Below, one piece after another: positions 26,947 through 34,874 of a stretch of 41,966 nucleotides of DNA. The stretch covers positions 1 through 41,966 of the forward strand of contig JASFUW010000001.1 in NCBI GenBank assembly GCA_050050135.1. Direction: 5' to 3'. Under the pieces are notes generated by a model that did not search any database, had not been told where the DNA came from, and was given only the letters and a program-made list of their open reading frames with translations. How positions within the stretch are numbered: the stretch's first letter is position 1; each line of letters opens with the position of its first letter. Source of the stretch: Phycisphaerae bacterium (GTDB taxonomy: Bacteria > Planctomycetota > Phycisphaerae > UBA1845). The translations under genes were made by a program, and so were the position numbers.

Positions 26947-27864
26947 ATGGCCAAAACCGAAACCGACTTTGCTGCGCCCATCATGACCGCGGCCGCCCAA
27001 GTGGCCAAAGCCGTCAAAGCTCGAGTCTTGTTCGCCTACGCACACGCCGTCGATGACGTCGCCGCACTCCAACAGTCACTCAAACCCCCGACAAAGCTCA
27101 CCCTCGTCTGCCGCGACCAACAGGACGAACAACGCGCAAAACACGCCTCCGTCGAACTCATGACCGTCCCCGCCTTCGAGCTGACGAGAATGGGGCAGAT
27201 CAAGATGGCCACCCTGATCGCCTTCACCCAAGGCCTCCTCAGAGCCGGTGACGTCTTTGTCTTTCTGACCGGCATAACCGGCCGCTCGATTGACACACTC
27301 GTGACCATGCGCGTCGGCGATGAGTTCGAGCTCTTCCAATCCGTCGGCCAACCCAAGCTCACCGAGCACATCCGCCGACCCGTCTTCGAGAAGGTCCTCC
27401 GACTCGCCATGGAACTCGCCCACGAAGGCCGCGAAGGCAAGCCCGTCGGCGCCCTGTTCGTCATCGGCGATCACCGCGAGGTCGAAAAGTCCGCCGTCGA
27501 GGGACGTATCAACCCGTTCCGTGGCTACACCGAAAAGGAACGCAACATCCAGGACGACTCCATCGACGACATCGTCAAGGAAATCGCGAAGCTCGACGGC
27601 GCATTCATACTCAAGGGCAACGGGGTAATCGTCTCCGGTTGTGCAACGTTGCGGCCCGCCATGGCTGGCAAGGAGCTGTCACAGGGGCTCGGCAGTCGTC
27701 ACGCCGCAGCCGCCGCCATCACCGCAAGCACCCACAGCATCGCCATCACCCTTTCCGAATCCACCGGCGACGTCCGCGTCTGGCGACGCGGTGAGATGAT
27801 CACCGAGATCGAAAAGGCCCCAAAGGCACTACTAGACGGAACCGTCCCTCCGCCCGTCCCATAG
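26947..27864 (+). CDS. Diadenylate cyclase, CdaZ/DacZ-type (pyruvate-kinase-C-terminal-like N-domain + DAC/DisA_N domain)
   Basis: The start is MAKTETDF at 26947. DAC motifs: GALFVIGD, DGAFILKGNG, LGSRHAAAAAIT, LSESTGDVRVW. There is no TM (CdaA) or HhH (DisA) domain. The N-terminal half (..VPAFELTRMGQIKMATLIAFTQGLLRAGDVFVFLTG..) is like that of DacZ. Confidence 0.75.
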   Translation: MAKTETDFAAPIMTAAAQVAKAVKARVLFAYAHAVDDVAALQQSLKPPTKLTLVCRDQQDEQRAKHASVELMTVPAFELTRMGQIKMATLIAFTQGLLRAGDVFVFLTGITGRSIDTLVTMRVGDEFELFQSVGQPKLTEHIRRPVFEKVLRLAMELAHEGREGKPVGALFVIGDHREVEKSAVEGRINPFRGYTEKERNIQDDSIDDIVKEIAKLDGAFILKGNGVIVSGCATLRPAMAGKELSQGLGSRHAAAAAITASTHSIAITLSESTGDVRVWRRGEMITEIEKAPKALLDGTVPPPVP

Positions 27865-27962
27865 CCCCACACCGCACAGAGCCTGACGCATCACATACCC
27901 CTTCCCGACACGTGACCCCGCCCCACAAGCAGCCCCGTGCCGACCAAAATCTTCCACTCCCT

Positions 27963-27995
27963 CCCCCCCTTACTGAGGGGGGGGACTGAGGGGGG
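27963..27995 (+). other. C7/G8 hairpin followed by a second ACTGAGGGGGG unit
   Basis: CCCCCCC(27963-27969) ttactga GGGGGGGG(27977-27984), then actgagggggg is repeated (27972-27982 and 27985-27995). It lies about 100 nt downstream of the DAC gene stop. There is no U-tract. Confidence 0.4.
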
Positions 27996-28007
27996 TTCTG
28001 CGATTGT

Positions 28008-28202
28008 CCCATAGGGACGGCCCGGCCAAGCCTAGTTCCGGCGCCGCGGGACCGGGACTTCAAGCGTAGTGCATCGTTCCAGGCCCGTAGGGACGGTTGA
28101 GGGCTCCGCGACTCCCTCCCTCCCTTCCCGAGCCGCGGGCTTCAGCCCGCGCGGAATCACCTCCTGGATGAACCCCGCATCTTGCTCCCGGCGCCGCGGG
28201 AG
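28008..28202. repeat. Composite intergenic repeat cluster (three repeat families)
   Basis: cccatagggacgg (28008-28020) and cccgtagggacgg (28084-28096) form one pair. The hairpins gttccggcgccgcgggac (28035-28052) and ctcccggcgccgcgggag (28185-28202) share a 14-nt core, and their closing pair covaries. The 26-nt hairpin at 28130-28155 is the third family. Confidence 0.5.
28130..28155. repeat. 26-nt GC-rich hairpin repeat (REP-like), copy 2
   Basis: gagCCGCGGGCttcaGCCCGCGcgga, 25/26 identical to 18541-18566. A partial third copy (ccgagccgcg) is at 28293-28302. Confidence 0.6.
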
Positions 28203-28352
28203 GACATGCGGCTCAGAGCGTTGCGCGACCCGTGAGATGCCCCACTGGTGCTGCGTCAACTGTATTTTTGCGGGTAGCGAGCGGCCTCTTTCCGAGCCGC
28301 GCCCGTGAGGAAGCGGTCTTCTGGAACCCGCAAATTAAGGCGTGACCGTGCA

Positions 28353-29738
28353 CTAGGACTCGGACAGCCCTTCGGTGACGCGCTCATAGCGCGCTCTCAT
28401 GCGCTGCGTCCATTCAGCCACCATTTGCAGGGATTCGTATTCGGACAGTTGGCGATAGCGCTTCCCCAAAGCGTACGCACCGTTCTCGTCGAGCGGCGCA
28501 GCGGTGAGTTCCGCCAACGGTCCTTTGGGCATTCCAGCCGATGTGATCGCCTCCCATGCTCGCTGCAAGAGTAGATGGTTCCCTCCGTGTGTCGCCGTGG
28601 TCAACAGTGGTTCAAGCGCTGCCAGTTGCGCTCGTGACTTGGCCAGGTCCAGATCGCGCCCATGATCGAGCGTCAGCGGATTGTCCTGCATCGCCAGTTC
28701 AGCACCGAACTTCTCGTACGTCGAAGGCACGATCGGGTAGTGGTACAGCGTCGGGGCGTTGACCGATCCATACTCCGACCGAATGCCCCAGAGTTTCTGC
28801 CCTTCCTCGCTGAGGTTGTACCGTACAAACGCTTCGGCCAGTGCGGGTTCCCTGGCTGATTTCAACACGCTGACCACCGCCGGTGACACTGATGAGACGC
28901 CCTGCGGAACAACGAACCTCAGTCTTCCGCCCGACTCGGCCACGCGTCGCTGACCATCGTAGTTGATGGCGAACGCGGCGATCGACTCGCCACTGACGAC
29001 CTGATCCAGCGCTTGCGTGCTGCGCTGCGTCAAGGCCCGGGCGTTGCCCAGGATCCGCATTATCGTCGCCCAACCCCGCTCCCAACCCTGTTCCTGCAGG
29101 ATTAGCATGAAAGACTGCCGTGTCGTACCGCTGGCACTCGGGTCGGCCAGGCCCAGCCAACCGGCAAACCGCGGATCGCCCAGGTCCGACCAGCACTCAG
29201 GAGGATCGATCCTCCGCGCCTCGCACACCTGCTGGTTGTACAGAATACCGAAGCGTGCCAGGGCGATGGCGTGCCATCGACCTTCTTCATCCCGCGTCGG
29301 AATGCCTCCGATGTCCGTGGGCAGGGACTCAGCGACCTCACCCAGTGCAACCGGGCGCGCCCACCCGGCCTCAGCCAAGACCTGATGATCGGTCACACCC
29401 CCACCGAACAGAACGTCGGGGGTGCTGCGGAGCCTCGCTTCCGGCGCCGAGGTGAACCAACCCCGAACTAGTTCTACGCAGGTCGGCGTCCCGCGCACCA
29501 CCCAGTCGATCTCGATCTCCACGTTCTTGTCGTAGGTCCTCTGGTACCAGAAGGAGAACCCGTCCGCGAAAGCCGTTTGAATATCGGCGTTTACAGGCGT
29601 CAGCACGGTCAGGCTCTTGACCGACTTCGAGCGATCAGCGCGGCTGGTATAACGCTCGGAGCAACCGGTAGGCAGAGTCCCTCCAACCAGAACCACGGCG
29701 AGAATCAGGCCAATCAAACCGCGATCGATAGACTTCAT
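28353..29738 (-). CDS. ABC-type extracellular solute-binding lipoprotein (PBP2; iron/thiamine/polyamine-like), orphan
   Basis: GGAGG lies 7 nt upstream of the ATG at 29738. The product MKSIDRGLIGLILAVVLVGGTLPTGC has a lipobox. The body has ...FGGGVTDHQVL...GIPTRDEEGRWH..ALARFGILYN...GTTRQSF.... The upstream 98 codons of the track ORF look non-coding. Confidence 0.65.
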   Translation of the reverse strand: MKSIDRGLIGLILAVVLVGGTLPTGCSERYTSRADRSKSVKSLTVLTPVNADIQTAFADGFSFWYQRTYDKNVEIEIDWVVRGTPTCVELVRGWFTSAPEARLRSTPDVLFGGGVTDHQVLAEAGWARPVALGEVAESLPTDIGGIPTRDEEGRWHAIALARFGILYNQQVCEARRIDPPECWSDLGDPRFAGWLGLADPSASGTTRQSFMLILQEQGWERGWATIMRILGNARALTQRSTQALDQVVSGESIAAFAINYDGQRRVAESGGRLRFVVPQGVSSVSPAVVSVLKSAREPALAEAFVRYNLSEEGQKLWGIRSEYGSVNAPTLYHYPIVPSTYEKFGAELAMQDNPLTLDHGRDLDLAKSRAQLAALEPLLTTATHGGNHLLLQRAWEAITSAGMPKGPLAELTAAPLDENGAYALGKRYRQLSEYESLQMVAEWTQRMRARYERVTEGLSES

Positions 29739-30356
29739 CTTTGCGCCTCCAAGCGATGGTGCCTCGTGACGAAACAACAACGTGCGTGGCGCCTCCGTCA
29801 CACCCACGCCGACCGGGACGTGCAGCACCCGTGGTTCTCCCCGGATGCGCCGACGTCTGGGGTGCAGACCACGCCGTTCCGTCAGGAAGCCATGAGCATA
29901 CTGAAATCGCCGAACCTCGGTAACTCGGCTCTTCGTTAAAATAGCGTTAAGACGCCGTGTTTCCAGCGTTTGAAGCGGGCTGCCGCGTTTTTGCGCCCTG
30001 CAAAGGCACGCCTCGATCATCCGCCGATGCATCCAACCGCCTCACTCACACCGCACACCGCGCCGGACCCAAGGCATGCAGCGCGGGGCACGTAGAACCC
30101 GGATTCGCGAATAGGGAATAGGAAACAGCCGCGAGCCAACGCCGGACAGGCAACGCGCACCACACAACGTGGAACAACCAACGGGAAATAGGCGGCGGAT
30201 GTCCCATTCAAACCGCAAGATCGCGCCGGTACCCCAGCCAATCCGCAGGATGGGATGGGGGACGGACACACCACGTCCGTGCCTCCGCCAATCCCCAATC
30301 CGCAAGCTCCGATCCCCCATCATCCTGCTCCCCGTTCGCCGCTCACTGCTCCCTGC

Positions 30357-31184
30357 TCAGCCGACCAGGCTGAGCCTTCTCTCCCGCCCACGAAACACCG
30401 CCAGCTCCCGAATCCCCGCGGCCAGCAGCATCTCGACCGCGATTTCCAAGTCCGCCCCCACCGACTCGACCAGATGCGCGTCCGACCCCACCGACATCGC
30501 TTCTCCCCCGAGCTCGGCATACCGTGCCACGACATCGGCACCGGGCATGGTCTCATCCACCCCCTGCCGCAGCGACGACGTATTGATCTCCGGCGTAACA
30601 TCAGCCGCAACGCACGCCGCGAGGGTATCGTCGATCAGCCTCGAGAAACGCGCGACGTCATGTCTCCCGTAAAACCGCTGCGTATACCGCTTCACCACGT
30701 CGAGGTGCCCCAGCACGTCAAACACGCGACCTTCCGACCGGTGCAGCGCCTCACAAAACCGGACCGCTTCTCGCAAGGTCTCCAGGTACCGTCGCGTCCC
30801 TTCGATCGAATCAATGCCTTCCCAGTTCCGCCGTTGATAGACCGCCTCACCCCCGAAGTAATGAACGCTCAGCACCACCAGATCGAACTCGTGGCGCCGG
30901 AGGAAGTCGAGAATGAACGGCATACGTTCCGGCTGATAACACACCTCGATCCCCTTCCCGACGAAGATTCGATCACCGAACTCCTCCCGCAGTCCCCGAA
31001 TCGTCTCGGCGTAGCGCTCGTCGTCATACACACACCCGGGCCAATCGTCAGGGTGCGTGTCGAAGTGCTCCGTAAACGTCACCCCGGCGAGCCCCTGCTC
31101 GACCCCTCTCACCACGCACGCCGCCGGCTCGCTCTTGGAATCGAACGAGTGACGCGAATGAACGTGCTGATCGTACAGTTCCAT
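30357..31184 (-). CDS. Histidinol-phosphatase, PHP family (HisJ/HisK-type)
   Basis: MELYDQHVHSRHSFDS..., ...VTFTEHFD..., ...VLSVHY..., ...VLGHLD..., ...GSDAH.... These are the PHP metal-ligand motifs, in order. Confidence 0.8.
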   Translation of the reverse strand: MELYDQHVHSRHSFDSKSEPAACVVRGVEQGLAGVTFTEHFDTHPDDWPGCVYDDERYAETIRGLREEFGDRIFVGKGIEVCYQPERMPFILDFLRRHEFDLVVLSVHYFGGEAVYQRRNWEGIDSIEGTRRYLETLREAVRFCEALHRSEGRVFDVLGHLDVVKRYTQRFYGRHDVARFSRLIDDTLAACVAADVTPEINTSSLRQGVDETMPGADVVARYAELGGEAMSVGSDAHLVESVGADLEIAVEMLLAAGIRELAVFRGRERRLSLVG

Positions 31185-31323
31185 ACACCCGACCCTCTGA
31201 ACTCACGAATAATCCGCCGCCCGCCGACAATACCTTACCGCGTACATCGACCGCAAGGCGGCCCGGACCCGCCCGCGTGGGAGGGCGTTGCCAGGCCTCT
31301 TGGTCATGCATTAGGATCAAACC

Positions 31324-31812
31324 ATGTTCTTCGGAAACGCCGTACCAACGGGCGAGCAGCACGGCTCTCCGATCCCCGGTTCGAGACAGATCCACTGTTC
31401 GCGATGCGGACAGGACATGCTCGTGGCCCCGCAGCATGTAAACGTCACCGTCACCTGTCCGAACTGCAACCACCCGATCGACCCGTGGAAGGCGGGGCTG
31501 ACGCCGCCACCCCAGACCCCGCCGACCCCGCCACCACCGGCCCTCCATCGCCCGTTCCCCGCGTCGGCGACCGCTCCCGGCTACTCGTGGCGAAACCGTT
31601 GGATCGCCGGCGCCCTCGGCATCCTGCTGGGCCCGTTCGGCGTTCATCGTTTCTATCTGGGCTACACCGGAATCGGGATCGTCCAGGTAGCGTTAACCGT
31701 CGGTTCGCTGTTCATTCTCACGCCCGTGGTAGCCATCTGGGCATTTATCGAGGGCATACTCTGCTTCTGCGGTGCGATGACCGACGCCGACGGCCTGCCC
31801 CTCCAGGGTTGA
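31324..31812 (+). CDS. Zinc-ribbon + TM2-domain membrane protein
   Basis: CSRCG...(x19)...CPNC ribbon, a Pro-rich linker, then TM2-type NRWIAGALGILLGPFGVHRFYLGYTGIGIVQ...IWAFIEGILCF. Confidence 0.7.
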   Translation: MFFGNAVPTGEQHGSPIPGSRQIHCSRCGQDMLVAPQHVNVTVTCPNCNHPIDPWKAGLTPPPQTPPTPPPPALHRPFPASATAPGYSWRNRWIAGALGILLGPFGVHRFYLGYTGIGIVQVALTVGSLFILTPVVAIWAFIEGILCFCGAMTDADGLPLQG

Positions 31813-31885
31813 CATGGCTTGCGGTTTCGCGACGTTATTCGGTAGGACCTTCGGTCAGGTGTCGGCATGGGCGGGATGATGCGAC

Positions 31886-32320
31886 ATGAGTGCTGACCCA
31901 CACGATCCGGGCACGGCCCCCATAACGATCTACTGCACGCAGTGCGGCCGACCCATGCTCGTCGCACCTGAGCACACGCGCATCGCCGTCACGTGCCCAC
32001 ACTGCCGACATACGCTCGAACCCTGGCGCGTGATGGCGACCGTCGCCGGCCAACACCGCGCCGCCGGTCCCGGCCGACTCGCGCCATACGACCCGACGAT
32101 CTACTCCACGCGCAACCGTTGGGTGGCCGGCGCCCTCGGCATCCTCCTAGGCCAGTTCGGCGTCCACCGCTTCTACATGGGCTACGTCGACATCGGAATC
32201 CTTCAGATCATTGTCACCCTCGTCACCTGCGGCATCGGCGGCATCTGGGGTTTCATCGAGGGAATCCTCTGCTTCTGCGGCGCCATGCAAGACGTCGACG
32301 GCCTACCACTACGCAGCTGA
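31886..32320 (+). CDS. Zinc-ribbon + TM2-domain membrane protein (paralog)
   Basis: CTQCG...CPHC ribbon, then NRWVAGALGILLGQFGVHRFYMGYVDIGILQ...IWGFIEGILCF. It is collinear with 31324..31812. Confidence 0.7.
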   Translation: MSADPHDPGTAPITIYCTQCGRPMLVAPEHTRIAVTCPHCRHTLEPWRVMATVAGQHRAAGPGRLAPYDPTIYSTRNRWVAGALGILLGQFGVHRFYMGYVDIGILQIIVTLVTCGIGGIWGFIEGILCFCGAMQDVDGLPLRS

Positions 32321-32337
32321 CGTATATATTAAGTTGC

Positions 32338-33879
32338 TTAACAAGCACCGCGGAGGAACGTGCCCGCGGTACGGAACAGGATCATCATATCCAGCTCGAA
32401 AGACATGTGCTTCAGGTAGTAAAGATCGTACTGGAGCTTGCGCTTGGCGTCTTCGATCGAAGAGCCGTAGCGATAGCTGATTTGCGCCCAACCCGTGATC
32501 CCCGGCTTCACCAGATGGCGTTCCGCGTAGTATGGAATCCTGTCGCAGAGTTGTTCAACAAAGTCCGGTCGTTCCGGCCTCGGCCCGACCAGAGACATCT
32601 GGCCGACCAGTACGTTATAGAGCTGCGGAAGCTCGTCCAGCCTGGTGCGGCGCAAAAACTGTCCGATGCGTGTCACCCGCGGGTCGTTCGGAGCGCACCA
32701 CACGCTCTTTCCGTTCTCGGCATCCGGCTTCATCGTGCGGAACTTGAACAGCCGAAACACCCGCCCGTTCTCCCCCACCCGATCCTGCGAGTAAAACACC
32801 GGCCCGCCGTCACCCAGCTTGATCGCCAGCCCGATTAGCGGCCACAACGGCGCGGAAAGACACAAACCGGCACCCGCGAGCACGAGATCAGCCAACCGCT
32901 TGAGTGTCGCATGCTCGTCACAGTGCACGCGAAGGTCCGCAAACAGGAACCACGACGGCGTGATCTCGTCGACCAGAATCTGCCCGGTCGCTTTTTCGTA
33001 GAAGATGGCCTCGTTCGTCACCCGGCACCCGGCCTGCAGACACGGAACCATCCACTCCATGACATTGCGGGCGCGGGCATCGCTCTCGCCCACCACAATG
33101 TCGGTCACGCCGAGCGTCCCCAGCCCTCCGACATCTTGCAGGATCGGTCCCAGGTACGCGGTGTCCACACGGCCGTCGTCCTCTGTCTCGCGCGCGCTCG
33201 CATATCCGACCAGGCGATACTCGTGAAGGAAACCGTTCTCCTGTGCCGTCTTCAGCGACTCGTACAAGGCCCGCGACCCGATCACCAGCAGTCCGCAGTG
33301 CACCTTGTGAACCGCCCACCACGCCCCCAACCTAACGGCCACGCCACCGCCGAGATAGACGGACATCGCCAGCGTCGTAAACCGCCGCCCCACGATCGCG
33401 TACATGACGACGTAGATCATCGCATACGACAGCACACACGCCGCCCCCGTCGTCAAAAGCATCCGCGTGAAGATGCGCGACCGGCTCATCAGCGTCTCAC
33501 GGTCATACAGACCGAAGACCAGGCTGCACACGATCGCGGAGAACGCGAAGACCGCAAGCGCCTGCCACAACGCGATGTGCGGCGTCACCAACAGCTCGGG
33601 CGGGGGAAAGCTCGAATGCGCAACGTACGTGCCGAGTGTGAGCAGCGACAGGTCAAGGACCAGCCACGTCGACGCGGGGAGGCGGAGAAGCGCACGACCG
33701 ATAACACGAGTCAACCGCTCGCCGGCCGAACCGAGCGCAGTCCGGGCGTTGACGCTGCGCCGGGCCGGAAAATCAGCAAGCACCGGCGCAGCCACCCCGG
33801 AACCGTCAACGCCGGCTGCAATCTGCGCGCACATACAAAACCTCGAGGCGAGCCCGAGAAATCCATCGGCCGTCATCAT
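32338..33879 (-). CDS. Polyprenyl-phosphate glycosyl-1-phosphate transferase (WbaP/EpsB-type, Bac_transf domain)
   Basis: N-terminal TM bundle and a central Rossmann-like region. The C-terminal domain reads ...PVFYSQDRVGENGRVFRLFKFRTM...DPRVTRIGQFLRRTRLDELPQLYNVLVGQMSLVGPRPE...KPGITGWAQI.... Confidence 0.85.
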   Translation of the reverse strand: MMTADGFLGLASRFCMCAQIAAGVDGSGVAAPVLADFPARRSVNARTALGSAGERLTRVIGRALLRLPASTWLVLDLSLLTLGTYVAHSSFPPPELLVTPHIALWQALAVFAFSAIVCSLVFGLYDRETLMSRSRIFTRMLLTTGAACVLSYAMIYVVMYAIVGRRFTTLAMSVYLGGGVAVRLGAWWAVHKVHCGLLVIGSRALYESLKTAQENGFLHEYRLVGYASARETEDDGRVDTAYLGPILQDVGGLGTLGVTDIVVGESDARARNVMEWMVPCLQAGCRVTNEAIFYEKATGQILVDEITPSWFLFADLRVHCDEHATLKRLADLVLAGAGLCLSAPLWPLIGLAIKLGDGGPVFYSQDRVGENGRVFRLFKFRTMKPDAENGKSVWCAPNDPRVTRIGQFLRRTRLDELPQLYNVLVGQMSLVGPRPERPDFVEQLCDRIPYYAERHLVKPGITGWAQISYRYGSSIEDAKRKLQYDLYYLKHMSFELDMMILFRTAGTFLRGAC

Positions 33880-34089
33880 CTTGGACGTGAGTTATCGGCA
33901 TCGCACAACCCGCCCGCAATCGCCCGTCCAGCGGGTTGGAAGAGCCAACCCCGGTCCGATCGCACCACGCGCGCGCCCGCCTTTTTTGGACGAGTGGACC
34001 AGTTTCGATCCCGATATCACGACAGGGATTACATCGGTCGCCGGGTCCCGCCCGGTGACTGCGCTACAGGATTGGTCCGCGCCAAGGAA

Positions 34090-34872
34090 ATGAGTGCCAA
34101 CGCCATCACCCGTATGACTGTAGCCGCGTTTGTGCCGAGCCTGCTGCTCGCTTTCGCATCGGGATGCGCGCCCTGCGAGGTCAACACCTGGGCGCCGAAG
34201 CCCGTGGTGCATTGGGAGCAGGTAGCGACGCAACCGGTGCAGCCGGTCGTGGATGGTTATCGGATACTGGCGGAACATCCCACACGGGCACTCTTTCCGG
34301 CGTCGATGGCTGTCACCCGCGTCTCCGTCGACCACAAGGAGCAGCGGACTCCCAGAGGCGGACCGCTTCTGATGACCGACCCGAGAAACGAGTTTCTCCA
34401 GTGGAACTCGACGCTCGACAACCAGATGGCCATCAGCGAGGTGTTCCCCATCGTGGATGACGACCTCGGCGGCGGTCAGGCCGATCCGCAGCAGATCGTC
34501 GCGGCGTTTCGAGCGCTGCACGCCGGGCTCGGATTGATCTACGCCGTGAATGAGCTCAGCCCCACCGAGTCGGAGATGTTCGGCGTACTATATGACATCA
34601 AGGCGGCACGACCGATCGCATCGTTGCACAAGGCGGCCGCATCGATTCCTCCCCCCGACGACGGAATCTGTCGGGCGGAGACACCCGACCCGTGGGTGAG
34701 CGATTCTCGGGCGTTGGTACGCGCGGAGTTCGACAAGCTGGTGCATACGGTGATTCGCGAACTCATCTTGCGCGACGAGCCGGCACCGATCGAGGTGCAG
34801 ACCGGTTGGAGGCCGCCCGCCCCGGCTCGCTCCGCCGTGTGGCCGCCACCCGCACTGGCCACGGGAAGGTAG
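34090..34872 (+). CDS. Hypothetical lipoprotein
   Basis: AAGGAA lies upstream of the ATG at 34090. The product MSANAITRMTVAAFVPSLLLAFASGC has a lipobox. The upstream 393 codons of track ORF 32911..34872 are antisense to the sugar transferase and R/P-rich. Confidence 0.5.
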   Translation: MSANAITRMTVAAFVPSLLLAFASGCAPCEVNTWAPKPVVHWEQVATQPVQPVVDGYRILAEHPTRALFPASMAVTRVSVDHKEQRTPRGGPLLMTDPRNEFLQWNSTLDNQMAISEVFPIVDDDLGGGQADPQQIVAAFRALHAGLGLIYAVNELSPTESEMFGVLYDIKAARPIASLHKAAASIPPPDDGICRAETPDPWVSDSRALVRAEFDKLVHTVIRELILRDEPAPIEVQTGWRPPAPARSAVWPPPALATGR

Positions 34873-34874
34873 TC

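Noticed and set aside
32911-34089. N-terminal 393 codons of track ORF 32911..34872
   Set aside because: This part is antisense to the WbaP-type transferase and R/H/P-rich. A lipoprotein signal with an SD begins at 34090, so only the 3' third is taken as coding.
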